Part shown: positions 38,156-47,368 of the stretch, piece by piece
Layout of the letters: each line of letters begins with the position of its first letter
Numbering within the stretch: the stretch's first letter is position 1
Source of the DNA: Thermoplasmata archaeon
GTDB taxonomy: Archaea > Thermoplasmatota > Thermoplasmata > Thermoplasmatales > Thermoplasmataceae
Reading direction: 5' to 3'
Assembly (NCBI GenBank): GCA_049965715.1
Contig: JBMFWA010000004.1
Coordinates: forward strand, 30,081-94,080
DNA: 64,000 bases
Position numbers and translations under genes: made by a program
Notes under the pieces: generated by a model
Seen by the model: the letters and a program-made list of their open reading frames with translations, nothing else
Told to the model about the DNA's origin: nothing
Databases searched by the model: none

Positions 38156-39880
38156 TCAGCAGACCTGGCGTCCGCTTCTTGGGATTTCACGTAATACTCT
38201 TGAATAAGGGTAACTGTTGATGATCATCTCCTTCTCGAGCCAGCCACGCCTGGCGATGGCAGTGGCAAACCTGAGGTAGCGCAGATCGTCAGTGTCTTTT
38301 GAGTCGCTTCCCAGCATGAATCTCGCCCTGTAGTCCCTCGCTCTCCTGACCAGATCAAAAGGCAGATCCGATCTTTCAGGGAATCCGCTTATTTCCAGAA
38401 ATACCCCATTATCACTGCAGGACTGGAATATCCTGTCCATATCCATCGGGAATCCATCCTGTTTCCCTATGATTCTTCCTGTAGGATGGGCTATTCCAGT
38501 TATCATGCCGGATTCGATCCCGCTCAGCAATCTCCTGGTATTTTCGCCAGCATCATGGCTTATCCCGTCATGGATGAATCCAAGGACGAGATCTACTTCT
38601 TTCAGGATATCAGAATCGTCCTCAGGTTTTCCGTCCCGTTTTATTTCTGTTTCTATTCCAGTTATGATTTTAAAGCTGCCGGAATCATTGATCTTTCTGG
38701 CTCTTTCCAGAAGGTTGGATATGGCCCGCTTTCTCTCCTCAGCACCGGCATCTCCTGTCCCAGGGTCTATCACTACCGCGATGTACTCAAGTTTGTTGTG
38801 GATCGCAGCTTTCACAAGATCATCAAGAGTGGTTTTCCCCGCGGACTCAGCAAGGTGGCAGTGAAGATCTCCCCTGAGATCTTCGTATGCGATGAGTTTT
38901 GGCAGATTATGGGATATTGCGGCCTCAATTTCACCCATGTTTTCCCTGAGCTCAGGCTCAATCCAGCTCATCCCAAGACCATTGTACACAGAAGGTTCAT
39001 CGAAACCCGCAATCTGTTTATCGCCAGTGAAAAGCCCGTACTCATTCAGTTTCATACCCTTGCTTATGGCGATATCCCTGAGCCTGATGTTGTGGCTCTT
39101 GCTCCCGGTGAAATACTGCATGGCAGCGCCAATGGACTCCTTCGGAAAAAGCCTGAAGTCACAGTTCAGCCCGATTTTGAGCACAGCAGTCATTTTAGAC
39201 GGTCCCCTGTTTATCACCGCATCCACCTCAGACAGTCCAGAAAAAAGATCCATTGATTCAGACGGTCTGTCCGAGACTGCAAGAATGTCAATGTCACCAA
39301 CAGTTTCTCGCATTCTTCTGCAGGATCCGACGATCTCCACGGTGGTGAAAAGCCCAGAGTCAAGAAGCTTCCTTCTCATTTCAAACACATAATCATAGAC
39401 ATCAGCGAGGAAGAGTCTTCTCGATCCGGAAAGAAGGTAGGTTTTCACAGACTTCTGAAGATTGGACTCACTCTTACTGCCGAAGCCAGGAAGGCCGGAA
39501 ATCTTTCCCTCCTCAATCACCTTGATCAGGTCTTCAACATTCCGAACGCCAAGGTTTGAATACAGTACAAATATCTTTTTGGGTCCGAGTCCCTGAATTT
39601 TCTTCAGGGTCTGGAAATCTACAGGATATTTCTTCTTGAGATCATCATACTTGTCGATCCTTCCCTGTTCTATGAACTGAATGATTTTCTTCTCTATTGC
39701 GTCACCCACCCCGTCAATCTCACGAAGTTTTCCTCTCCTGTAGATATCTGTGATATCTTCCCCAAGAGCCTGTATTGAAGCAGAAACTTTCCTGTATGCA
39801 AGGGACTGCCAGCGGTTTCCTTCAAGCTCCTCCATGTCAGCCATCTCATCAAACATTCCTGAAAGATCCTGATTGATCAT
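38156..39880 (-). CDS. polX: Family X DNA polymerase with C-terminal PHP domain
   Basis: HhH motifs (IDGVGDAIEKKI, IQGLGPKK), nucleotidyltransferase GSCRR..ETVGDIDIL, and PHP His/Asp motifs (GDLHCH, ...). Confidence 0.85.
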   Translation of the reverse strand: MINQDLSGMFDEMADMEELEGNRWQSLAYRKVSASIQALGEDITDIYRRGKLREIDGVGDAIEKKIIQFIEQGRIDKYDDLKKKYPVDFQTLKKIQGLGPKKIFVLYSNLGVRNVEDLIKVIEEGKISGLPGFGSKSESNLQKSVKTYLLSGSRRLFLADVYDYVFEMRRKLLDSGLFTTVEIVGSCRRMRETVGDIDILAVSDRPSESMDLFSGLSEVDAVINRGPSKMTAVLKIGLNCDFRLFPKESIGAAMQYFTGSKSHNIRLRDIAISKGMKLNEYGLFTGDKQIAGFDEPSVYNGLGMSWIEPELRENMGEIEAAISHNLPKLIAYEDLRGDLHCHLAESAGKTTLDDLVKAAIHNKLEYIAVVIDPGTGDAGAEERKRAISNLLERARKINDSGSFKIITGIETEIKRDGKPEDDSDILKEVDLVLGFIHDGISHDAGENTRRLLSGIESGMITGIAHPTGRIIGKQDGFPMDMDRIFQSCSDNGVFLEISGFPERSDLPFDLVRRARDYRARFMLGSDSKDTDDLRYLRFATAIARRGWLEKEMIINSYPYSRVLREIPRSGRQVC

Positions 39881-39997
39881 GTTTTACACAGGACTTCTGG
39901 AAATAATTACTTTGCCGAATATACCCACGAGATGGCAGTCAGCCTTATGCAGAGCCGGAATAATCTGATTGAAATTTCGTGCAAACGGCATCTGCAA

Positions 39998-40008
39998 AAG
40001 TAATATAC
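39998..40008 (+). promoter_or_regulatory. TATA-like box (AAGTAATATAC) upstream of the dehydratase operon
   Basis: Lies about 30 nt upstream of ATG 40028, in the divergent region shared with polX. Confidence 0.35.
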
Positions 40009-40027
40009 CATTAAGACCTTTTAAATC

Positions 40028-41230
40028 ATGAATTCAAAAATAAAGAAGATAGAGATACTGGAACTTGGGGATAAGGGAAAGGAAAGCTCATCACCATGGA
40101 GCTCCACAATTTTACTGGTCAGACTGACCAGCAGCGATGGTCTGGTAGGTTACGGGGAAGCACCCACAACGTTCATGACGCTTTCCGTGAAGGAGAGCAT
40201 GAGGGAGGTGGCAAGAATTTTCCAGGATGCAGATTTCTTCAACATTGAGAAGAATATTAATGATTTTTACAGAAATTCATTCTATCTCACAAAGTCCATG
40301 CAGGATACCGCGGCATTGAGCGCATTCGAGATTGCAAGCTGGGATCTTATTGGAAAACAGTTAGGTGCTCCAGTATACAATCTCATAGGCGGGAAGATGA
40401 GGGAAAAGATAAGAGCATATGCAAACGGCTGGTACTCAGACTGCATCACGCCTGATGATTTTGTAAAAGCTGCAAAGAAAGCACAGTCCATGGGATTTAC
40501 GGCACTGAAGTTCGATCCGTTCGGATCCAACTACGACCAGATGCCCCTTCAGGGTCTCAAGAATGCTGAAGCAATAGTTTCTGCTCTCAGAAACGAGTTT
40601 GGTGACAGGATGGATCTGCTCATTGAATGCCATGGCAGGTTTTCCCAGAGAGCGGCCATAGACCTGGGCGTTGCCATGGAGAAATATGGCGTTTTCTTCA
40701 TAGAGGAGCCGCTTCACCCGGAATTCGAACATGTTCTGCCGGAACTCAGGCGACACATAAGGGTGCCTGTGGCCCTGGGTGAACGTCTTCTTAACAAGAC
40801 GGATTTCGCAAGGGTCATAAGTAGTGGAAGTGTCGACGTAATCCAGCCAGACCTTACAAATTCGCTTGGAATACTTGAAGCGAAGAAGATTGCTGCGATT
40901 GCCGATTCATTTGGTGTGGCTGTTGCTTATCACAACGCATTCGGGCCCATTCAGACAGCAGCCACGCTTAATGTTGACTATTCCATAAGGAATTTTCTGA
41001 TCCAGGAGAGTTTTGAGCAATTCTGGCCTGACTGGAAGAAAGGGGTTGTGAGATCCGGATACAGGTTTGACAGCGGTTATCTGCTACTAGACGGAAAACC
41101 AGGTATTGGTGCCGAGGTAGATGAGAAACTGATCGAGAGTCAGGCGGTGGATGGCATGGAGCCATTCGATCCTACAGAACCCCCATGGGTTGTATCTAAC
41201 ACCTTCTCAAAGGCACCGAAGTTTCAGTAA
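40028..41230 (+). CDS. Enolase-superfamily (mandelate racemase/muconate lactonizing enzyme) sugar-acid dehydratase; candidate gluconate dehydratase
   Basis: Capping-domain plus TIM-barrel layout. Metal-ligand contexts are FKFDPFG, IEEP and IQPD. Substrate is inferred from context. Confidence 0.7.
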   Translation: MNSKIKKIEILELGDKGKESSSPWSSTILLVRLTSSDGLVGYGEAPTTFMTLSVKESMREVARIFQDADFFNIEKNINDFYRNSFYLTKSMQDTAALSAFEIASWDLIGKQLGAPVYNLIGGKMREKIRAYANGWYSDCITPDDFVKAAKKAQSMGFTALKFDPFGSNYDQMPLQGLKNAEAIVSALRNEFGDRMDLLIECHGRFSQRAAIDLGVAMEKYGVFFIEEPLHPEFEHVLPELRRHIRVPVALGERLLNKTDFARVISSGSVDVIQPDLTNSLGILEAKKIAAIADSFGVAVAYHNAFGPIQTAATLNVDYSIRNFLIQESFEQFWPDWKKGVVRSGYRFDSGYLLLDGKPGIGAEVDEKLIESQAVDGMEPFDPTEPPWVVSNTFSKAPKFQ

Positions 41231-41231
41231 A

Positions 41232-42557
41232 TTGGGGAATGCGACCACGTTGCACATCATAAAAAACTACGAGGACATAGACACAGATGTCCATGGTTTT
41301 CGGCTGCTGGACTCACTTGAACTGTCCATGAACAGGCTGACGCCGGAAAAGGTGATGGAGAAAGCAACCATGGGCATTCAATCAAAGCTTGGCACGGGAA
41401 GAACCCTCGTGATTGGCTTCGGCAAAGCCTCTTTTGGCATGTTTCTCGGTCTTTCCAAAAATCTTGGTGACAGGGCAGAATCCAGTTCAGTGATAGTTCC
41501 GGAAAACCTGGAAATCAAGGGCAGTGTAAGGGAGTTGAAAGTGTTGAGGGCACCACATCCCGTACCAGATGAAAGGACAATCAAAGCCTCCCGTTCCATA
41601 ATCGGGGGAATAGGAAAATTTCAGGAGAACGACAATGTGATAGTTCTGATCTCCGGTGGGTCCTCGTCGCTCTTCGAGATACCTGCGGGCGGTATCGACG
41701 TTGATTCGATCAGTTATGTGACATCCACCATGATGGACCGTGGATCAGATATCATGGACCTCAACAGGATGAGGCAGGTTATGTCCTCCGTCAAGGGCGG
41801 GAAGCTTGCAGCACGTCTATGGCCTGCAAAAGTGCTGGTCTACATCATATCAGACGTGCCTGGAGACGATCCGTCCTTCATCGGATCGGGACCGGTCACA
41901 TTCACTCATATAACAAGAGAAGAGATTGATTCCATCCTGCAAAAGTACGATCTTGACAGGGATTCAAGAATAAAGGAAATAAGGGATAAATTCGACTATA
42001 CCTTTCCTGAGAAAAATAAGTTCAGGCATATAACGACAAAAATAGTCCTGAAAAATCATGACTTCGTAAGGGTGATCACAGCATCGCTTCGAAAGGGTAA
42101 CCAAAGAGTTCTTGATCTTGGTTCCGGACTGGGCGGAGATGTGCAGGCCGTGGCGTCCGGACTGTCTGATTCCATGGAAAGACTATCATGTCTGTACGGA
42201 AGAGATACCTGGTTTGTGGGAGGTGGCGAAACCACGGTAAATGTAAAAGGAAAAGGAATCGGCGGCAGGAACCAGGAGCTGGCAGTGAGATTTGCAATGG
42301 AGATGAGAAATAAGGGAAGGGAATACGCGTTCATATCTGCCGGAACAGATGGTATTGACGGAAGCAGCGAAGCAATGGGCGGAATAGTGTGCAGCAACAC
42401 CTTTGGAAGGCTGGATCCGGATCAGGTAACCGAATATCTCAGGAACAATGACACAGGCACGCTTCTAAAGATTAAGAACATGGCAATGATTAGCGGTGCA
42501 ACCGGAAATAACGTTTCAGACGTTTTTGCTGGGTTCATCGGCAGGAAAATACGGTGA
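41232..42557 (+). CDS. MOFRL-family glycerate 2-kinase
   Basis: GFGKAS..M, VLISGGSSSL, GGETTV and SAGTDGIDG motifs. The start is probably TTG 41232, 1 nt after the upstream stop, or TTG 41250. The ORF-track start at 41151 overlaps the dehydratase. Confidence 0.75.
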   Translation: MGNATTLHIIKNYEDIDTDVHGFRLLDSLELSMNRLTPEKVMEKATMGIQSKLGTGRTLVIGFGKASFGMFLGLSKNLGDRAESSSVIVPENLEIKGSVRELKVLRAPHPVPDERTIKASRSIIGGIGKFQENDNVIVLISGGSSSLFEIPAGGIDVDSISYVTSTMMDRGSDIMDLNRMRQVMSSVKGGKLAARLWPAKVLVYIISDVPGDDPSFIGSGPVTFTHITREEIDSILQKYDLDRDSRIKEIRDKFDYTFPEKNKFRHITTKIVLKNHDFVRVITASLRKGNQRVLDLGSGLGGDVQAVASGLSDSMERLSCLYGRDTWFVGGGETTVNVKGKGIGGRNQELAVRFAMEMRNKGREYAFISAGTDGIDGSSEAMGGIVCSNTFGRLDPDQVTEYLRNNDTGTLLKIKNMAMISGATGNNVSDVFAGFIGRKIR

Positions 42558-42561
42558 AATC

Positions 42562-44259
42562 ATGAATGGAGCTAAAATAGTAGCAACAGTGGGGCCAGCG
42601 AGCGATACTGAAGGAGTGATATTGAAATTACTTCGCAATGGAGTATCCACTCTGAGGATCAATACTGCACACATAGATCCGGGTTACATCAAGAAGATCT
42701 CGGAGATCCTTTCAAAAATCAATACACAGGAAAAAAGCTTCATGTCTGTGCTTGTGGATCTGAAGGGTCCGGAGCTGAGGACAGGAGAATTCCAGGGCGG
42801 GCAGAAGATAATTGAACAGGGAAAAGCATACACCATTGGTTCCAGCTCATGTGACATTGAGGTGAATTATCCCGATGTGATGAGTGGACTCTCAAAGGGG
42901 GACGACATACTTTTAAGCGATGGAAGAGTGAGGATGTCGGTTGTTTCATCGACCGGCGGCAAAACCACCGCAAAGGCCATGAATTCAGCCACAATCAGGG
43001 ATAGAAGCAGGATTAACGTTCCGGGTAAGATTCTCGATCTCGGAGTTATAACTGAAAGGGACCGGAACTTCATAGACGAAAGCATATCCGCTGACGTGGA
43101 TTTCTTCGCCCTCTCATTTGTCCAGAAGAAGGAAAATGTCATTGATCTCAGAAGAACACTCCTTGGAGAAAAGAGCAGTGCACACATAGTATCAAAGATA
43201 GAGACAAAGTCAGGACTGCAAAACATAAGCGGCATCGCAAGGGTTTCGGACTGGATAATGGTCGCAAGGGGAGATCTGGGCGTGGAACTGCCGCTGGAAG
43301 AGGTTACAATGGCTCAGAAGAATATCATAGTGGAAAGTCATAAATTCGGAGTTCCCACAATTGTGGCAACGCAGATGCTTGAGTCCATGGTGAACAACTC
43401 AACTCCAACAAGGGCAGAGGTATCCGACATAACCAATGCAATAATGGACAACGCTGACGCACTGATGCTCTCTGAAGAGACGGCAATCGGCAAGTATCCG
43501 GTGGAGGCAGCATCCTACCTGAACAGAGTCGGTCGCTATGTTGAATCAAAGGTGAAGGACTTTCCAGAACCTGTGGAATTCCTTGGAAACAACGTAGCAT
43601 TTTCCATAGCAAGAGCTGCTAAGATGGTCTCGGAAAGCATTGCCGCTGACGGAATTCTTGTTTTCACCAAAACTGGATCAACGGCGAGGATGATATCGGC
43701 GGTCAGGCCACACTGCACAATCTATTCCGCTGTCATGGACAGGCCACTTGCAAGGAAACTTAGCCTCCTGAAGGGAGTGGAACCAATAATGATGCCCAGG
43801 GATTTTGAGGGAACAAGGAGCCTTAATCAGGTGATGGATTACGTGTATCAGGAGAAGACAATAAAATTCGGGTCGAGGGTCGTTGTCACTTCCGGTTCGC
43901 CCTATTTCCTCTTTGGAGGAACTACTGATATGAGGGTGCTCACAATCGGGGACTATGTGGGAAGGGGTTATGCGACAGGAAGGAAGGTAACAGGCAAGTA
44001 CAGGACAGACGGTACGGGGGAGATAACAGTATCAGGAAAGTTTTCCAGGGACCTGCTTGGAAGGAAGGGAACCAAGGCCATAATTGTCATGGAAAGGATA
44101 CTTGCGGACGACATCGAGGCCATATCCAAGACCGGAATAACAGTCGTGCAGTCTGCAAGGTTTGTCAGGGATCTGAAGGATAACGAGGAGATAATGATAG
44201 ATCCTGGCACCGGAGTTATAGTGTCAAACAGCAGATCAGAAGAGATCCCGCCTGAATGA
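42562..44259 (+). CDS. pyk: Pyruvate kinase with C-terminal PEP-utilizer-like extra domain
   Basis: MNGAKIVATVGPAS, NTAH, DLKGPELR, MVARGDLGVE and TQMLESM motifs. There are about 100 extra C-terminal residues. ATG lies 4 nt after the glycerate kinase stop. Confidence 0.85.
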   Translation: MNGAKIVATVGPASDTEGVILKLLRNGVSTLRINTAHIDPGYIKKISEILSKINTQEKSFMSVLVDLKGPELRTGEFQGGQKIIEQGKAYTIGSSSCDIEVNYPDVMSGLSKGDDILLSDGRVRMSVVSSTGGKTTAKAMNSATIRDRSRINVPGKILDLGVITERDRNFIDESISADVDFFALSFVQKKENVIDLRRTLLGEKSSAHIVSKIETKSGLQNISGIARVSDWIMVARGDLGVELPLEEVTMAQKNIIVESHKFGVPTIVATQMLESMVNNSTPTRAEVSDITNAIMDNADALMLSEETAIGKYPVEAASYLNRVGRYVESKVKDFPEPVEFLGNNVAFSIARAAKMVSESIAADGILVFTKTGSTARMISAVRPHCTIYSAVMDRPLARKLSLLKGVEPIMMPRDFEGTRSLNQVMDYVYQEKTIKFGSRVVVTSGSPYFLFGGTTDMRVLTIGDYVGRGYATGRKVTGKYRTDGTGEITVSGKFSRDLLGRKGTKAIIVMERILADDIEAISKTGITVVQSARFVRDLKDNEEIMIDPGTGVIVSNSRSEEIPPE

Positions 44260-45717
44260 CCTGAATGTCACGGTCTTCCCCGAGAAGTCAACGTAAACAT
44301 TTTTCAGTTTGACATATTCCTCGATACCGTAGCGGCTACCCTCACCAGCCTGTCCTGTCATCCTGAAACCTGTATGGTACCCCTGGCTTGATTCAGGTCC
44401 GGGCATGTTGACATACAGTTCTCCAAACCTTATTCTTTCAGCCGCCTGGAATATAATCTTCTGATCCTCGGTGAAAAGGTAGGATGCAAGTCCATACTTT
44501 GAATCGTTTGCGAGTTCCATCATCTCGTCGAAACTGGAAACCTTCTTCACACCAATGATCGGTCCGAATATCTCCTCCTGGAAGAGTTCTGATTCCTGAT
44601 CAATGTTCTCCATAACGGTGGGCCTGAAATAAAATCCTTTTCCGAAACTCCCGGCCACACGAACTTTCCTGCCGCCAAACACCAGTTTTGAGCCGGCATC
44701 CACAGCATCTTTCACAAACTTTTCTGCAGATTCAAGAGCCGCATTATTGATCAGCGGGCCTATGTCGGCGTCCATTGGATCACCAACCTTAAGCCTCTTC
44801 ACAACCTCCATAAACCTTGCCATGAAAGGCTCATAGATATCCTCATGCACATACAGTCTCTCTGCTGCTATGCATGACTGGCCCCCATTCCAGTATTTCG
44901 CCCATATGAGGTTCCGGACAGCGTTCTCTATGTTTGCGTCCTTCCACACCATGTAGGGCGCTTTGCCGCCAAGTTCAAGAATGAGCTTCGCCATATTGGA
45001 CGAAGCATTATTCATTATTCTCTGTCCGGTGGCTGTTGATCCGGTCATGGTCACCAGGGACACCTTTTTGTGAGAAACAATAAAATCGCCTATTTCACTT
45101 CCCTTCCCGGTTACAAGATTTAAAACACCATCAGGAATACCAGCATCCGCGAATGCCCGCACTATCCATGCGGCAGTGAGAGGTGTGTCCGAGCTTGGCT
45201 TGAGAACCACCGTATTGCCGGTGAGTAAAGCAGGAGCAAGTTTTCGGGCGACCATCCCTACCGGGAAGTTCCAGGGGGTAAGCGCCACAACAACGCCATA
45301 TGGAACCTTGTACTGGAATATTCTTCTATCAGATGTATCACCCTCAACCACATCACCGGTGATTTTTCTTTCAAAACCTGCATAATATCTTATCTGATCT
45401 AGGGCTCCCTCAACCTCCTCTCTCGCCTGAATGGCAATCTTGCCATTTTCGCTCATCAGAAGATGCTCCAGTTCGGTCCTGTACCTTTCCATCATATCTG
45501 CTGCCTTCAACAGCAATTTTGATCTCTCCCTTGATCCAAATCTCTGCCACGGTTCAAAGGAGGATTCGGCTGCGTCTATCGCCCTCGATACATCATCCTT
45601 CGTTCCGGCAGGGAAATCTTCCATAACAGTTCCCGTGCTTGGGTTGATCTTGGTTAAAACAGATCCACTGGACGAGTCCACCCATTCTCCATCTATGAAC
45701 ATCTTCATAATTTCCAA
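44236..45717 (-). CDS. NAD(P)+-dependent aldehyde dehydrogenase; candidate glyceraldehyde dehydrogenase
   Basis: ALDH motifs are present: Glu active site LELGGKAP, Cys context NGGQSCIAAERL, and EEIFGP. 493 aa. Substrate is inferred from context. Confidence 0.8.
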   Translation of the reverse strand: MEIMKMFIDGEWVDSSSGSVLTKINPSTGTVMEDFPAGTKDDVSRAIDAAESSFEPWQRFGSRERSKLLLKAADMMERYRTELEHLLMSENGKIAIQAREEVEGALDQIRYYAGFERKITGDVVEGDTSDRRIFQYKVPYGVVVALTPWNFPVGMVARKLAPALLTGNTVVLKPSSDTPLTAAWIVRAFADAGIPDGVLNLVTGKGSEIGDFIVSHKKVSLVTMTGSTATGQRIMNNASSNMAKLILELGGKAPYMVWKDANIENAVRNLIWAKYWNGGQSCIAAERLYVHEDIYEPFMARFMEVVKRLKVGDPMDADIGPLINNAALESAEKFVKDAVDAGSKLVFGGRKVRVAGSFGKGFYFRPTVMENIDQESELFQEEIFGPIIGVKKVSSFDEMMELANDSKYGLASYLFTEDQKIIFQAAERIRFGELYVNMPGPESSQGYHTGFRMTGQAGEGSRYGIEEYVKLKNVYVDFSGKTVTFRSFRRDLF

Positions 45718-45902
45718 TTACGGTATCGCATATTTAATTTTGTGCAGAGGTTCAATCAGAATATATAAAAAGAAGCGCGAACTTCTACTGAGGCAATCCA
45801 GACGAGATCCAGTGTTTAAGGAAGCCAGTTGGTTTGTGGGATCATAATGTTTATACCTAGAATCCAGTTGCAATAACCGATACTTCGGATGGATAATGCA
45901 AT

Positions 45903-46199
45903 ATGATAGTGGTGATGAATCACATTGGGGTGAAGGATGAATACAGAAAAGCGTTCGAGGATACTTTCATAAGTAGGGCACATCTAGTCGAACACATGGA
46001 CGGATTCATTAAAAACGAGGTTCTCAGGCCAATAAGGGGGGATAAATATATAGTCCTGACATACTGGGATTCCATTGAGAATTTCAATAAGTGGGCAGAG
46101 AGCGATGAATTCAGGAGTGCCCACAGGCAGTCGACCTTGCCCAGGGAGGCCATAACCGATAATTACGTTACAGTGCACGAGATATTTTCAACCACATGA
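45903..46199 (+). CDS. Antibiotic-biosynthesis-monooxygenase (ABM) domain protein
   Basis: 98 aa with a ferredoxin-like ABM pattern (F......E....GF....VLRP.......VLTYW.S...F..W..S..F..AH). Confidence 0.7.
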   Translation: MIVVMNHIGVKDEYRKAFEDTFISRAHLVEHMDGFIKNEVLRPIRGDKYIVLTYWDSIENFNKWAESDEFRSAHRQSTLPREAITDNYVTVHEIFSTT

Positions 46200-46357
46200 A
46201 CTCTGACCATAGCTAACCTGTTTGCTGGATTGAGAAAATGCACCATAGAGAGAATTAATTCTCGTCTTCTATTCTCGCAATGTATGCCCAGGCCCTCTTC
46301 ATTTTCAGAAACCTCTCAACTATTATATGCGCATATCTATTCCTTAGATGTATTGAA

Positions 46358-47353
46358 ATGTGGGATTTCGTATCCTTTGCTCCACTGAGGGTGAGCTTTG
46401 CCGGAGGCGGCACAGACATTCCGCCTTACGTTGAAAAATATGGCGGATCAGTGCTGAACACTACAATTGACAGGGGAGTTACGGTAAAGTACAAAGATGA
46501 CGGAAAGCCGCTGGAGCTTTCTTCAAGGGATTTCCTTCAGAGTTTTACAATGATTTCAGATCACCAGAAACACACATCGTTTGTAGAGGAGATTGGTGAA
46601 GTATTCACGGAATATGGTATTAAAACTGGAAGAGTACTGATCAGTAGCGATGTGCCGCCCGGATCAGGACTCGGTTCTTCGAGTGCCCTGCTGGTGTCAA
46701 TTCTGAACCTGATCTCAGCTGTAAACGGAAATGGATGGGACAGAAGACAGATCGCCAGTATGGCATACGATCTGGAAAGGAACAGACTGAAGATCGTGCT
46801 TGGAAAACAGGATCCATATGCAATTTCATTCTCAGGATTCAAGTTCATGGAATTTCCGCCCGGTGAAAGTGAGAGAACTACTTTTGCTGGAAACTGGAAA
46901 ACAGTGAATCAGATTGAGAGCAGATCCCTCCTTCTCTATACCGGTAAAACCAGAGAGAGCTCTGAAGTGCTGAAGGATCAGGTAAGGAAATCAAGCGTGG
47001 GGGATTCTGAAACTCTCAGGAGAATGGACGAACTCAAGAATCTTTCTCACCAGATGTGGACCGATCTGGTGGAAGGAGAGACAGAGAAGTTCATTGATGG
47101 CGTGAACAGGGGATGGAACCTGAAGAAAAGTCTTGGCAGGAACGTCACCAACGAGAGAGTGGACAGGATAATAAGCGAGGCATTCGTGAACGGGGCTGCG
47201 GCAGCCAAATTGCTTGGCGGTGGCGGAGAAGGATTCATTCTGCTCATATCAGGAGAAAACAGTCTGGTTGATCTTCAGAGCAGGATGTCAAAATTTTCAG
47301 ATTTCATAATAAGGATTTCATTTTCAGGAAAATGCTACGTAAAGAATGAATAA
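46358..47353 (+). CDS. GHMP-superfamily sugar/small-molecule kinase (COG2605-like)
   Basis: APLRVSFAGGGTDIPPY N-terminus and GHMP motif II PPGSGLGSSSAL. I chose the start at the internal ATG. Confidence 0.75.
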   Translation: MWDFVSFAPLRVSFAGGGTDIPPYVEKYGGSVLNTTIDRGVTVKYKDDGKPLELSSRDFLQSFTMISDHQKHTSFVEEIGEVFTEYGIKTGRVLISSDVPPGSGLGSSSALLVSILNLISAVNGNGWDRRQIASMAYDLERNRLKIVLGKQDPYAISFSGFKFMEFPPGESERTTFAGNWKTVNQIESRSLLLYTGKTRESSEVLKDQVRKSSVGDSETLRRMDELKNLSHQMWTDLVEGETEKFIDGVNRGWNLKKSLGRNVTNERVDRIISEAFVNGAAAAKLLGGGGEGFILLISGENSLVDLQSRMSKFSDFIIRISFSGKCYVKNE

Positions 47354-47368
47354 AATTTTTCAACGGGT

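Noticed and set aside
41151-41231. Upstream extension of the glycerate kinase ORF, overlapping the dehydratase gene by 80 nt.
   Set aside because: The extension (MAWSHSILQNPHGLYLTPSQRHRSFSK) has no family similarity. A TTG 1 nt after the dehydratase stop gives an N-terminus consistent with MOFRL kinases.
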